Assembly (NCBI GenBank): GCA_022841645.1
Contig: JALHRC010000002.1
Coordinates: 36,846-100,845, forward strand
DNA from: Minisyncoccota bacterium
GTDB lineage: Bacteria > Patescibacteriota > Minisyncoccia > Phycocordibacterales > UBA918
Length of the DNA: 64,000 nt
Direction: 5' to 3'
Shown: positions 1-10,418 of the stretch, one piece after another
Position numbering within the stretch: position 1 is the stretch's first letter
Layout of the letters: the number at the start of each line of letters is the position of its first letter
Notes under the pieces: generated by a model
Databases searched by the model: none
What the model saw: the letters and a program-made list of their open reading frames with translations, nothing else
What the model was told of the DNA's origin: nothing
Program-made: the position numbers and the translations under genes

Positions 1-1
1 C

Positions 2-337
2 CGTGGCTTTGATCTGCAGACTGGTAAAGTAGTGGCTCTCGACACGCTTCCGGCAGAGGTACCAAGCGAGTTGCCGGAAAGTGAATCTACAGGTGAGGTG
101 CGAGCTCTTCTACAAAACAAGCCCCACCAAAAAGAGGTTGCTGTTCAGACGGGTGAGGGTGAAAGCGATGGCCCGAACCCACTACCTGAACCCACCGCGA
201 CTTCAACTACTGAACTTACACTAGATTTGCGTAGCCCTACCACAACTAACGATGTGGAACTATTGACACCAACGTCCACAGATCCAACCTTTGATCTGGT
301 TATTGAGCCGGCGTCTAGTACACAGAGTATTCACTGA
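2..337 (+). CDS. 3' end of a hypothetical protein (5'-partial; acidic/Thr-Pro-rich tail)
   Basis: Frame 2 is open from the window edge to the stop at 337 (no stop upstream of the listed Met at 32). Low-complexity Glu/Thr/Pro-rich sequence. No recognisable domain. Confidence 0.35.
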   Translation, partial: RGFDLQTGKVVALDTLPAEVPSELPESESTGEVRALLQNKPHQKEVAVQTGEGESDGPNPLPEPTATSTTELTLDLRSPTTTNDVELLTPTSTDPTFDLVIEPASSTQSIH

Positions 338-377
338 TAGTTGTTCACAACTACGTGTAGAATAGGGGGAACGGAGT

Positions 378-3300
378 ATGAACGTACTGCGCCTGTCTTT
401 CCGTGTACGGAGCCGCCTGGCGGCAGTGCTTTTTGCAGTACTCCTACTTGAAGCTGTCTCAGGAATGTTCACTGCCTTACTCTTTGAACTACCGCGTGCT
501 GCAGCGGCACCAGTAGTTATTGAAGCTTCGCCAAGTACTGACGGTCCATCTCATTCTATCGCTGGCTCGCAAACTGTCTTTGTTAATGATTTAGTTGGGT
601 ACAAATTTTTTCGAGCATCTGGCGGGGCGTGTCAGTACCGTAAGACCACTAATGGTGGTACTAGTTGGGGGAGTCCTACTTCGGTAGACACTCAAACTGA
701 CTGTATTGGTGTGTCAGTGTGGTACGACCAGTGGACGCCAGGTGACACTGGTAGCCTTATTCATATCGTTACGATGGATACTGGTGATGACGATCTCTTC
801 TACAACGCACTCAATACCAGTAATGACACTCTGGCATCAACTACCGCACGTGCAGTAATCACTGTCGGATCGACCAATGCTACTTACGCTTCAAATGCTA
901 ACCGTGCAAACATTACCAAGGGCACAAATGGCATAGTCTACGTAGTGGCTGATGACGCCACTGGTAGTGGCACGATACTGCGGCGGTGTAGTGGAAGCTG
1001 TACGATAACTGCTAATTGGTCAGCCGCCGGCACCCCTCCCCAAGGCAATGCTGATAGTTGGTCAATGCTCCTGCCGCTTTCAGGTGGTAACATTATGCTG
1101 ATTAACCGAAGTACGGGTAACCTTTTACGCTACAGCGTGTGGGACGGATCTGACTGGGATACGTTTCAAAATATTGACGCTTCGGCAGTGCGCGGCACGA
1201 CTTACGACGTCAACATGGCCGCCACCTTAGATCATGAAAGTGGGGACATATTCCTCGCCTATGTTACTGACGCAAACGACTTCGTAACCGCCGATCATGA
1301 CATTCGCACTGCTGTTTATAGCGGTGGCTCATGGACCAACACGGCTGATGTTGTAACAAACTCTGGTCGTGGTATTCACCAGGTGGCGCTCGCCCGTGAT
1401 CAGAATACGGGCAATCTGTATCTTGCCTATACTGCGCGAACCACAATTACACTAGCAAATACCAGTCGTGTCTACTGGCATCTTTCAACCTCATCGATGC
1501 AGAGTTGGGGTGTAGAGCAAGGACCACTCGACTCATCAGCAGGAGACTTTTATGGCATTGACTTAAATATCATGTCGTACGACCGTATCTATGCCAGTTG
1601 GTTTGATAACGTCGCTGCCGTGCGTGATATTTTTGGTGAGACGTTAGCTGATATTGGTCCAGAGGTGCGCGTAAGTGCCACAGGCACTCAGATTGCCACG
1701 GTTCGATCTGAAACTAACAACTTCTATGTCGGCGGTAAATTTATTCTTGATGCTATTGCTACACGAACAGTGAGTAGCATTACGATTGCTGAAAACGGAA
1801 CAGTCGATGGAGAAAGCGAGCTTGATAACATTAAGTTGTTCTATGAATATGACACATCAGCTCCGTATAACTGTGCGAGTGAAAGTTATGATGGCGATGA
1901 AATACAATTCGGCAGCACTGAAACGGATGGATTTTCTGGTGCTGATGGCACAGCCTCTTTTAATGTAACCCCGCTAGCTTTTAGCTCGACCTCTCCATTG
2001 TGCCTCTATACAGTCGTTGATGTCCTCTCAACGGCTGATGATAATGAAACAATTCAAATTCATATTCAAAATCCTGAGGTTGATGTAGTGGTGAGTAGTG
2101 TTGAGGCCTATCCAGCTACTGCTGTAGCTCTCTCTGGCACTACAACAATTGCAGATCCGAATCTGACTCAAAACGCCTATCACTGGCGATTGGATAACGG
2201 CACTGAAGTAACGGCCAGCTCGGCAACTAATGGGGTTGAAAACACTGCCATTTCAGCCCTACAAAAAAACACTCCACGGCGCTTACGCCTAGGGGTAAGT
2301 AACGAAGGTTCTACTTCATCACTTCCAGTATCATTTGTACTTGAATACGGTGTAGCTGCACCAAGTTGCGACACTATTCCAAATTGGACAGTTCTTAACG
2401 ATGCATCTCCATGGGTAATGTACGACTCAAGTAACCTCACAGAGGGAGCTAACACAAACGATATAGCGACTAGTAGTGGCGGTGTAAGTAATGGAAATAG
2501 TAGTTTTATATCCAGTAATGGTGGCGTTCGCGATACTACGGCGACTTCAAGTGCAGTGACGCTTGGCACTACGAACTTCGTTGAGCTCGAATACTCCATC
2601 GTTGCGACGACCACTGCCGTTGAGGGCGAAACCTACTGTTTTCGGGTGAGTCGTTCTGGAACTGCGCTCGGTACGTACACGGCCTATCCCCAAGTCACCA
2701 TCGCAGCAGATGTGACTGTCAGTGCCACCGGTACCCAAGCTACCAGTAGTGATGTTGGTACTCCAAATAATTACTATGGTGGAACCTTTCGAATTGTTGA
2801 AAACTCGGGCAGCCGCAACTTCACTGCCATTACCTTCACGGAGCAGGGTACGGTAAATGCTGCAACTGGTATTTCTAGCGTTTCGCTGCGTTATGAGTTT
2901 GATACTTCAGCACCATACAATTGTGTGTCTGAAAGCTTTGACGGCAGTGAGCTCACTTTTGGCACTACCCAGCCAGCTTTTTCTAGTGCCGATGGTACAG
3001 TGACGTTTAACGACGTAGTGGGTATCGATACTACGAGTGCGCTTTGTCTTTACCTCACATACAGCGTCACCACAGCGGCGGCACATGGCGAAACCGTCAA
3101 TATTGTTATTTCTTCACCCGCCACCGACGTTGCAGTTTCGGGTGGTGGTTCTGTCGGCCCCTCGACGGTGGTGGATATGAGCGGCACTACCACCCTGCGT
3201 AGCGGTATCCTCACCCAAAATCACTTTCATTGGCGGCGTGATAACGGTAGCGAAACAACTGCCAGTTCTGCTACGAACGGCGTAGAGGATACAGGGCTGA

Positions 3301-6300
3301 CAGACTTTGCTCGTTCGTCAGCCATTCGTCTTCGTCTCGGCGTAAGCAACGAGGGTCCCACAACAAGTGTGCCAACACAGCTTTACTTGGAATATGGTCT
3401 TAAAATCACCACCTGCGCCAACGTGAGCACCTGGACAGAGGTGGGCACGACCACTGATGGATGGGACATGTACAACTCTAGCTTTATTACTGACGGCAGT
3501 GATACTACCAACATTGCAACGAGCACGGGCGGTGTGTCCGACGAAAACACTAGTTTTTTAACTGCCAATGGGGGTGTACGAGACCAAACCTCACGGACCG
3601 GTACTACAACGCTCAGCAGTACCGAGTTTACCGAACTCGAGTTTAGTCTCACTTCCACGGAGGATACCGCCTATGAGGCCACCTACTGCTTCCGCTTGAC
3701 AGCTGCCGGCACACCGCTACCCACGTATACCAACTACGCTGAGCTGACCACCGCTCCCAAGCGAGACTTTCGCATTCAGCGAGGTGTGACCACTGTCAGT
3801 GGCACCTCTACCGCCATTGTCGCTGGCGTTGATTACACAGCACCTTCATCTACTAGCCGTGCCTTTATTCGCATTACCAATACCTTTGATACGGGTGCTG
3901 GACGTACCACCGGAGGGGTAACGCAGAATCTCGACGACGTAACCACGTACATTCTAAACCCCTCAAACTTACTTACCAGTATTACGTTCGCGCGGCCCTC
4001 AACAGCAATTAACAACACACGCGTCGCGTGGGAAATCATTGAGTATGTTGGAGAATCAGGAACTGATAATGAAATGGTGGTGCGCGCTGTTGGCACCATC
4101 AACATGGCATCGGCTTCAACCACGGCAACAACGAGTGTTATTAGCGGGATAGGTGATGATGCAGATGTTGTGGTATTTGTAACCGGCTCACAATCACGTG
4201 GTACTACCCAGAATTACTATAGCGGGCAGTTTACCTCAAGCTGGGGCAGTACTACTGACCAGGCATCATTTCAGCGCGGTGCATCGGCCAGTACGCTGGC
4301 TGACCTTTCGTACGCAGTAGTAGAATTTACGGGCTTGAACTGGTCGGTGCAGCGAGTAGAACATACGTACGCTACTTCAAGTGGTGTGGAAACCGAAAAT
4401 ATTACACCGGTAGAGAGCTTGGGCAAGACATTCCTCTACGCGCAAAAACGCACCGGTGCTCAAGCCAACGTAATCAACTTTGGTCATGAAGTTTGGCTTT
4501 CCTCCATTGGTGCTGTTTCGTTTCGCCTCGAGCCACTTGCTTCCGTCGCCATCCCTCAAGTGTCAGTGGCGTGGGTCATTAGCAACTCGCAGCAAGGCAA
4601 TTCTGGTATGAGCGTGCAACGAAACAATGGTAATACGAGCGGTGGTACGGCCCCGCTGGCACTTTCCGTCACCATACCTTCTCCTATTGATGCTACTAAT
4701 AACGCATCGATCTTTGGCAACGGTCGCGGTGGATCTGCTAACACACAGTATCCAAACATTCATACTGGTATGCGCATTACGTCTACTTCAACGTTTGAAC
4801 TCTGGCGTGGCGCAACGGGCGTTGCACTTTCGTATCGCACAGAAATTGTTGAGTGGCCAGTATCAGATATTGGGGTTAGACAAAATGCCTATATGTTTTT
4901 TGTGCACAACAATGCCATTACCCCCACTGACCCTTGGCCGGCTGGTCCTGTAAATATTGGTGAAAGTACACCTATCGGGGTAGGTGATGAGCCGCTCGCT
5001 AATGGCGATGTCATTCGTATCCGTCTTACCGCGCGAGTGTCAAACGCTAATATGCCAGCAGGTTTGCGCGCCTTTAAGCTACAGTACGGTGTGCGTGCTG
5101 GCAGTTGCGCAGCCATAGAAACCTGGACTGACGTTGGGAGTGCTACCAGTTCAGCAATTTGGCGTGGATATGTAGCAACCGGTACTACAGACGGTAGTTC
5201 GCTGGGTAGCGACCCTCCGCAAAGTGGCGAAATTCTAATCCTCTCTACCAGTGATGTACTCGGTCGCCTCGTCCACCAAAACCCGGCAGCCCCCAACCCC
5301 TACACGGTGCTTGAAGGAGAAGATGTCGAGTATGACTGGCAAATTGTCCACAATGGTGCCGTGGCTCGCACAACGTACTGTTTTCGTATGGTTCAGTCTG
5401 ACGGCACACTGCTTGATGGCTACCTGGACTACCCGCAGATCCGTACTGCTGGCTACAACCCAGTCATGCAAAACTGGCGTTGGTATAGTGACTACGAGAA
5501 CATCACTCCCACCACAGCCCTCGCGGCTGAGAATACTGCACCAACGGGAATTGTGTATGACTCTGGGTTGGCTTTGCGTGTAGCGGTCGGAGAGACAAAA
5601 GCTGTTTCGGGTAATGATATCCGTTTCCGACTTCAGTTTTCTGATGACCCTACTTTTCTCTTGCCGCGGGACGTCGCTGCCAGTAGTACTTGCTCTGCCA
5701 GTGACAACTGGTGTTACATAAATGGTGGGGCGACAGATCACTCTGACCTGGCATCCTCTACTCTTTCTGATTCTGACCCTTGTGTGATGGGTGTCGGCAG
5801 TGGGTGTGGTCTGCATGTTTCGTCAGGGGTTTACCAAGCAGGGCATGCTCATGCCGGCGGTACTGTCCAGGAACATTCTTTTACCATTCGACATGCTGGG
5901 GCACGCGCAAAAGCTGTTTACTACTTCCGGTTATACGACACCATTAATGATGTTGTGGTACCACTTGGAAGTGGTGAGAGTTACCCATCACTTCTCACCG
6001 AAGCGCCGGTTTTGCAATTCTCTGTTGCCGATTTGCCTTCAGGCACGTCCACTGCCGGTATCGTGACAGATGCAACGACCACCTCAAGTACCATTAGCTT
6101 TGGCCGCCTGGCTCTTGACACTGACTACGAGGCTGCCCACCGTCTCTCGGTCGGTATTAACGCTACAGAAGGTTACCAACTGTTTTTCTATGCACGTAGT
6201 CAGCTCATCAATAGTAGCGGAGATGTTATACCTCCACTTTCTGCTACCAATGCTGCTCCGGTGGCTTGGGAAATAGGGTGCCCAGTAGCTACCTCTACAG

Positions 6301-6527
6301 GTTGCGTGGGTTATCACACTACTGATGGCACATTGGCCGGTGGCTCTGGGCGCTTCGCTCCAAACAATACCTATGCTGGTTTGGCGACCACACCACAGGA
6401 GATTATGTATAGTTCGCTACCCACCAGTGACACACATGACATCATTTACCGGGTGCGGATTGGTGATCAACAACCCGCCGGTGACTACAGTGCCGAGGTC
6501 GTCTACTTAGCCATTCCGGTATACTAG
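378..6527 (+). CDS. Giant secreted/cell-surface repeat protein (2049 aa), Ser/Thr/Gly-rich, with two ~349-aa tandem internal repeats and a BNR/Asp-box-like motif near the N-terminus
   Basis: Single 6.1 kb ORF. N-terminal basic region plus hydrophobic signal/anchor (LAAVLFAVLLLEAVSG). SD-like AGGGGGA about 10 nt upstream of the ATG. Motif KTTNGGTSWGS resembles a BNR repeat. Internal repeats start at VSATGTQ (nt ~1666 and ~2713) and end in a YCFR motif, with a degenerate third copy near the C-terminus. Confidence 0.85.
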   Translation: MNVLRLSFRVRSRLAAVLFAVLLLEAVSGMFTALLFELPRAAAAPVVIEASPSTDGPSHSIAGSQTVFVNDLVGYKFFRASGGACQYRKTTNGGTSWGSPTSVDTQTDCIGVSVWYDQWTPGDTGSLIHIVTMDTGDDDLFYNALNTSNDTLASTTARAVITVGSTNATYASNANRANITKGTNGIVYVVADDATGSGTILRRCSGSCTITANWSAAGTPPQGNADSWSMLLPLSGGNIMLINRSTGNLLRYSVWDGSDWDTFQNIDASAVRGTTYDVNMAATLDHESGDIFLAYVTDANDFVTADHDIRTAVYSGGSWTNTADVVTNSGRGIHQVALARDQNTGNLYLAYTARTTITLANTSRVYWHLSTSSMQSWGVEQGPLDSSAGDFYGIDLNIMSYDRIYASWFDNVAAVRDIFGETLADIGPEVRVSATGTQIATVRSETNNFYVGGKFILDAIATRTVSSITIAENGTVDGESELDNIKLFYEYDTSAPYNCASESYDGDEIQFGSTETDGFSGADGTASFNVTPLAFSSTSPLCLYTVVDVLSTADDNETIQIHIQNPEVDVVVSSVEAYPATAVALSGTTTIADPNLTQNAYHWRLDNGTEVTASSATNGVENTAISALQKNTPRRLRLGVSNEGSTSSLPVSFVLEYGVAAPSCDTIPNWTVLNDASPWVMYDSSNLTEGANTNDIATSSGGVSNGNSSFISSNGGVRDTTATSSAVTLGTTNFVELEYSIVATTTAVEGETYCFRVSRSGTALGTYTAYPQVTIAADVTVSATGTQATSSDVGTPNNYYGGTFRIVENSGSRNFTAITFTEQGTVNAATGISSVSLRYEFDTSAPYNCVSESFDGSELTFGTTQPAFSSADGTVTFNDVVGIDTTSALCLYLTYSVTTAAAHGETVNIVISSPATDVAVSGGGSVGPSTVVDMSGTTTLRSGILTQNHFHWRRDNGSETTASSATNGVEDTGLTDFARSSAIRLRLGVSNEGPTTSVPTQLYLEYGLKITTCANVSTWTEVGTTTDGWDMYNSSFITDGSDTTNIATSTGGVSDENTSFLTANGGVRDQTSRTGTTTLSSTEFTELEFSLTSTEDTAYEATYCFRLTAAGTPLPTYTNYAELTTAPKRDFRIQRGVTTVSGTSTAIVAGVDYTAPSSTSRAFIRITNTFDTGAGRTTGGVTQNLDDVTTYILNPSNLLTSITFARPSTAINNTRVAWEIIEYVGESGTDNEMVVRAVGTINMASASTTATTSVISGIGDDADVVVFVTGSQSRGTTQNYYSGQFTSSWGSTTDQASFQRGASASTLADLSYAVVEFTGLNWSVQRVEHTYATSSGVETENITPVESLGKTFLYAQKRTGAQANVINFGHEVWLSSIGAVSFRLEPLASVAIPQVSVAWVISNSQQGNSGMSVQRNNGNTSGGTAPLALSVTIPSPIDATNNASIFGNGRGGSANTQYPNIHTGMRITSTSTFELWRGATGVALSYRTEIVEWPVSDIGVRQNAYMFFVHNNAITPTDPWPAGPVNIGESTPIGVGDEPLANGDVIRIRLTARVSNANMPAGLRAFKLQYGVRAGSCAAIETWTDVGSATSSAIWRGYVATGTTDGSSLGSDPPQSGEILILSTSDVLGRLVHQNPAAPNPYTVLEGEDVEYDWQIVHNGAVARTTYCFRMVQSDGTLLDGYLDYPQIRTAGYNPVMQNWRWYSDYENITPTTALAAENTAPTGIVYDSGLALRVAVGETKAVSGNDIRFRLQFSDDPTFLLPRDVAASSTCSASDNWCYINGGATDHSDLASSTLSDSDPCVMGVGSGCGLHVSSGVYQAGHAHAGGTVQEHSFTIRHAGARAKAVYYFRLYDTINDVVVPLGSGESYPSLLTEAPVLQFSVADLPSGTSTAGIVTDATTTSSTISFGRLALDTDYEAAHRLSVGINATEGYQLFFYARSQLINSSGDVIPPLSATNAAPVAWEIGCPVATSTGCVGYHTTDGTLAGGSGRFAPNNTYAGLATTPQEIMYSSLPTSDTHDIIYRVRIGDQQPAGDYSAEVVYLAIPVY

Positions 6528-6539
6528 CTGTAAACTTCT

Positions 6540-7547
6540 ATGCGTCACCTACCTATGCAGATTTTAAGTGGAGTGTTGCTTTTGCTATTTCTGCTACCCA
6601 GTGCGGTCTCAGGAGCAGTAACCGCAAGTCCGCTCATCATTGATCGTACCGTCGATGCGCGTGATATTTTTGATGAGCGTATAGTTATTGTAAATTCGAC
6701 TGATCTACCGACCCGTGTATTTGCCTCTGTTCATGAAATCACTCTTGACGAGGGTGGCTCTATCAAAACCTTTGTTCCTGCGTCAATGAGTGACCGTTCA
6801 CAGAGCGTGACGAGCTGGCTTGCAATTGATCGCCGTCGTCAAGAACTACCACCCGGTGCGTCTACATCGCTCGCTTTGAAGGTTAATATTAACCAGGATG
6901 CCGTGCCTGGTCTGTACCACGCTTTCATTGGTTTCGGTAGCGGCTCGAATCGAGATCAGGCAGAGGCCGCAGTCCTTGCGGGAACAGCTCCAGGGGTAAT
7001 TGTGAGGATTGAAGTTCGTGATAGCCGCGTTTCAGCACTGCGACTCGTTCGTTTTGTGGTCGACCGATTAGTTTTCGGCGCGTCACCGGCTGGCATTACT
7101 TACTCTATTGAGAACCCAGGAGATACCCCCCTTACGCCAACAGGGGAGGTAATTTTGTACAATAGTCATGGTGAAGAAGTGGGCGATATTTCAGTTGACA
7201 GTGTATCGCGTCCTATTGCGCCCGGTGAAACAGCGGAGTTCACATTGCCACTACCGACCGAGCATCTCTTTGGAAAATATAAGGCCTATCTCAGTTTGCG
7301 GTATGGTGCCGATGGTAGGGCTACTGTCCACGACACGGCGTTTTTCTACGCTGCACCCTGGATGTATTTGGCTTTGCTTTTTGCGGGTCTATTTATAATC
7401 GTACTGCTCGTGGTATTCTGGTGGCGTCGCGCTCTTCTTTTGAGCGACGAGACACCTGATGAAACCGTAACTGTGTATGTTCGCTCTGGTAAATCTGCTC
7501 CGGATCAGGACCATGATCTCACTCTCACAAAATCAACTGATACATAA
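6540..7547 (+). CDS. Hypothetical surface-anchored protein (signal peptide, beta-rich ectodomain, C-terminal TM anchor plus short acidic tail)
   Basis: Signal peptide LLLLFLLPSAVSGAV. Single C-terminal TM MYLALLFAGLFIIVLLVVFWWRR. The architecture resembles DUF916-like cell-surface proteins (inference). Confidence 0.65.
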   Translation: MRHLPMQILSGVLLLLFLLPSAVSGAVTASPLIIDRTVDARDIFDERIVIVNSTDLPTRVFASVHEITLDEGGSIKTFVPASMSDRSQSVTSWLAIDRRRQELPPGASTSLALKVNINQDAVPGLYHAFIGFGSGSNRDQAEAAVLAGTAPGVIVRIEVRDSRVSALRLVRFVVDRLVFGASPAGITYSIENPGDTPLTPTGEVILYNSHGEEVGDISVDSVSRPIAPGETAEFTLPLPTEHLFGKYKAYLSLRYGADGRATVHDTAFFYAAPWMYLALLFAGLFIIVLLVVFWWRRALLLSDETPDETVTVYVRSGKSAPDQDHDLTLTKSTDT

Positions 7548-9180
7548 AGTTTTATTACTGCTCACAGTCAGTTTTTTTCCATTAGTTCTGAACGCCCAAG
7601 ACGGGCAAGGTCTCAGTATTTCGCCAGCCCTCTTTGAGATGGCCGCAACCAGAGACCAGGCATGGCAGAGTAGTCTGCGCGTCGTAAATCCCAACCCTTT
7701 TCCGCTAACGGTGTATGCAGACGTAGTAAATTTTGCTCCTCGTGGTGAAGGTGGTGACGGCATGTTCTTGCCACCAGAGTCCTCTGGCGACGGCAGCACG
7801 CTGGCAGAGTGGATTACGCTAGGAGAGACAACTGTAACTATACCCGCCGAGCGAACATTCGATATCCCATTCAGTTTAAATGTTCCGTCCGACGCTGCTC
7901 CTGGTGGGCACTTTGCTGCCTTCACCGTAAGTACTAGGCCACCAGAGAGTGTGGCCGGGGCTACTGCCTTACGCACGGCCCAGGTAGTGTCGTCACTCTT
8001 TTTTGTTCGCGTTGCGGGCGAAGTTCGCGAAGAAGCTGCGGTGCGTGAGTTTCGCAGCGAACAACGCTTTTTGACCCGCCCCGAAGTAACCTTTTCGCTA
8101 CGGGTAGAGAATCTTGGGAATGTTCACGTACGGCCGCAAGGGGACATAACTATTACCAATATGTGGGGTCAAGAGCGCGGCGTCGTTCCTATCAATCGCT
8201 ACAGTCACTTTGGTAACGTCCTTCCAGATAGCATTAGAAAGTTTAGCTTCTCATGGCGGGGAGAATGGTCGCTTTCAGATATTGGACGATACAAAGCCAT
8301 TGTTACACTGGCATATGGCGAATCTGAGCGGCGATTTATTACCAGCACTACGTATTTTTGGGTGGTTCCGGTAGTCCCGGTTACCGTCGCGCTGGCAGTC
8401 ATTATCGGCTTGGTTGCCATACTAGTGTTTTTAATACGGTTGTATGTGCGTCATTTGTTGGCAGCCGCAGGAGTTTCTTCGCGAGTGCGTCAGCCGTATG
8501 TTCGTACCGCCTCAGTAGCGGCCACTACTCGCCGCGACCTAGTTTTGGAACCAGCGGTGACAGATGTCACATCACCAGCATCCACACTAAGCGCTGTACT
8601 TCGTACTAGTCGAAATTTTGTGCAAGAAACACTAATGTGGCTATGGCGTCTTTCTTGCTCAACCTGGTTTTTGCTTCGCACCTCGCCAAAGCGCCGCCGC
8701 CTGTACGTACTTCTCGGTACTGCTGGTGTCCTTAGCCTCATCAGTGGCTTTTTTGTAAAAGGTGCTCTCACGCCGCAGCGATCATACGAAGTTGTCTATG
8801 ATACGAACCATAACGAAAGAGTCGTTTCTTCAGATGCAATAATTTTTGAAACGGAGCGCACCACAGCCGGTGGGTTGCCACGTGACTTGACTACACCGAC
8901 TCTCGCTGTGGTGAACCGGAGTGGTGTTGCTGGACTGGGAGCGACTGTTGCCCTGATGTTAGAGGTGCAAGGATACGTAGTTTCAGAAGTGCGTACAGAG
9001 CTTGGAACAGAGAATGGACGTACGGTTATTGTTTACAGCGAGGAGGATACTGAAACTGCTCTTTCCCTAAGTGCAGAACTTAAAAATGCCTTACTTTCAA
9101 GCACCACCAACACGGCAACGTCAAGCGCAGCCATTACCGTGTATCTCGGAAGTGACATGGCAGACCTAGCCACAGAATAG
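7513..9180 (+). CDS. Hypothetical membrane-anchored secreted protein, architectural paralog of the preceding gene with a long C-terminal cytoplasmic extension
   Basis: ORF track start is 7477. The internal ATG at 7513 gives a cleaner signal peptide (KVLLLLTVSFFPLVLNAQD) and less overlap with the upstream gene. Mid-protein TM VVPVVPVTVALAVIIGLVAILVFLI. Confidence 0.6.
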   Translation: MISLSQNQLIHKVLLLLTVSFFPLVLNAQDGQGLSISPALFEMAATRDQAWQSSLRVVNPNPFPLTVYADVVNFAPRGEGGDGMFLPPESSGDGSTLAEWITLGETTVTIPAERTFDIPFSLNVPSDAAPGGHFAAFTVSTRPPESVAGATALRTAQVVSSLFFVRVAGEVREEAAVREFRSEQRFLTRPEVTFSLRVENLGNVHVRPQGDITITNMWGQERGVVPINRYSHFGNVLPDSIRKFSFSWRGEWSLSDIGRYKAIVTLAYGESERRFITSTTYFWVVPVVPVTVALAVIIGLVAILVFLIRLYVRHLLAAAGVSSRVRQPYVRTASVAATTRRDLVLEPAVTDVTSPASTLSAVLRTSRNFVQETLMWLWRLSCSTWFLLRTSPKRRRLYVLLGTAGVLSLISGFFVKGALTPQRSYEVVYDTNHNERVVSSDAIIFETERTTAGGLPRDLTTPTLAVVNRSGVAGLGATVALMLEVQGYVVSEVRTELGTENGRTVIVYSEEDTETALSLSAELKNALLSSTTNTATSSAAITVYLGSDMADLATE

Positions 9181-9191
9181 TGTATACTTAG

Positions 9192-9698
9192 ATGTCGCTT
9201 ATCCACTCAAACCAGTCTATGCACCATCGTACGATTTGGCTTTTTGTTGTTTTGTTCGCGGCCATTGTCATTGGTATGTTCACCTATGCCTATCTAGAGC
9301 GAAAGGAACGCACAGCGCAGGTGGCACCGGTAATCAACTCTAGCTCCACTCCTTTGAGCACGCCACTTGATCAGCGTGTGAATGCTAAACACTACTACAT
9401 AGATGGCACACACAGCTTTGCCGGCATCGTGTCGCTTCCCACTCCGTGCGATCTGCTTGAGGCCACTGCGCGTGTGGCAGAGTCGTTTCCGGAGCAAATA
9501 ATTATCGACTTTACGACCACCAATAATTCTGAGTCGTGTATCCAGGTTGTAAGCGAACAGCGCTTTCTAGTAAGTGCTCAGGCCTCGTCTGAAGCACGCA
9601 TCAGTGCGACGTGGAATGGTCAGCCAATTGAGCTCAACCTTACTCCGGCCGCACCAGGTGAGAGGCCCGAGGACTTTGAAGTTTTTGTAAAAGGTTAA
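9192..9698 (+). CDS. Hypothetical protein with an N-terminal TM anchor
   Basis: 168-aa ORF, N-terminal TM (IWLFVVLFAAIVIGMFTYAYL), co-directional and tightly spaced with its neighbours. Confidence 0.5.
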   Translation: MSLIHSNQSMHHRTIWLFVVLFAAIVIGMFTYAYLERKERTAQVAPVINSSSTPLSTPLDQRVNAKHYYIDGTHSFAGIVSLPTPCDLLEATARVAESFPEQIIIDFTTTNNSESCIQVVSEQRFLVSAQASSEARISATWNGQPIELNLTPAAPGERPEDFEVFVKG

Positions 9699-9708
9699 TT
9701 TGTAATTT

Positions 9709-10413
9709 ATGCCTGCATTCGTCATCCCGCTTTCCATTGTTCTTGGCAGCTCACTCATCGCTGGAGCAATTTATTTTAGTAACTTTTCTTCTGCGCCCAG
9801 TGCACCAAGTGCTGCTGTGCCCAATAATGCGGCTCCTCAGCGCCCAGTTCTACCAACGGTAGTTGAGGGGGTGAATCTTGCCCGAGCTGAGAATCGTCAC
9901 CTTTACGGTAATCCTGAGGCTCAGATCACTATTATTGAATTTTCGGACTACGAATGCCCGTTTTGTGCTCGACTCCATCCAACGCTGAAGCGGATTGTTG
10001 ATGAATCTGATGGAAGTATAAATTGGGAATACCGGCATCTCCCTCTGCCGATGCACAGCGGCGCTGTCCCAGCTGCGATCGCTAGCGAGTGCGTAGCGCG
10101 TGAGCTCGGGAATGATGCATTCTGGAAGTTCACCGATGTACTTTTTGCTAATATCGGCAAGGCCAACGCCTCATTCTTAAAGGCAGAGGCTGGCAAACTG
10201 GGTGCAACGGCAGCTACGTATGATGCGTGCATTAGCGATAGTTCGGTTAAGGCCTTGGTTGATGCTGACGCGGCAGCGCTCATAGAGGAGTTTGGCCAAC
10301 AGGGGACACCGTTCTCGCTGATTGTTGATAATCGAACTGGCACCGGCCGACCAATTGTGGGTGCGTTGCCGTACGAAAACTGGCAGCAAGCACTCGCTGC
10401 TCTTGGTTCCTAG
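9709..10413 (+). CDS. DsbA-family thiol:disulfide oxidoreductase (membrane-anchored)
   Basis: N-terminal TM. Thioredoxin-fold active site FSDYECPFCARLHP (CPFC), the classic DsbA context. Confidence 0.8.
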   Translation: MPAFVIPLSIVLGSSLIAGAIYFSNFSSAPSAPSAAVPNNAAPQRPVLPTVVEGVNLARAENRHLYGNPEAQITIIEFSDYECPFCARLHPTLKRIVDESDGSINWEYRHLPLPMHSGAVPAAIASECVARELGNDAFWKFTDVLFANIGKANASFLKAEAGKLGATAATYDACISDSSVKALVDADAAALIEEFGQQGTPFSLIVDNRTGTGRPIVGALPYENWQQALAALGS

Positions 10414-10418
10414 CCACT

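Noticed and set aside
2180-2614. Antisense ORFs inside the giant + strand gene (for example 2180-2614, 2547-2738, 3383-3658, 3833-4123, 5235-5816)
   Set aside because: They are embedded antisense to a long, well-supported CDS with biased Ser/Thr/Gly codon composition. Such composition routinely yields long antisense open frames. No SD or independent signal.
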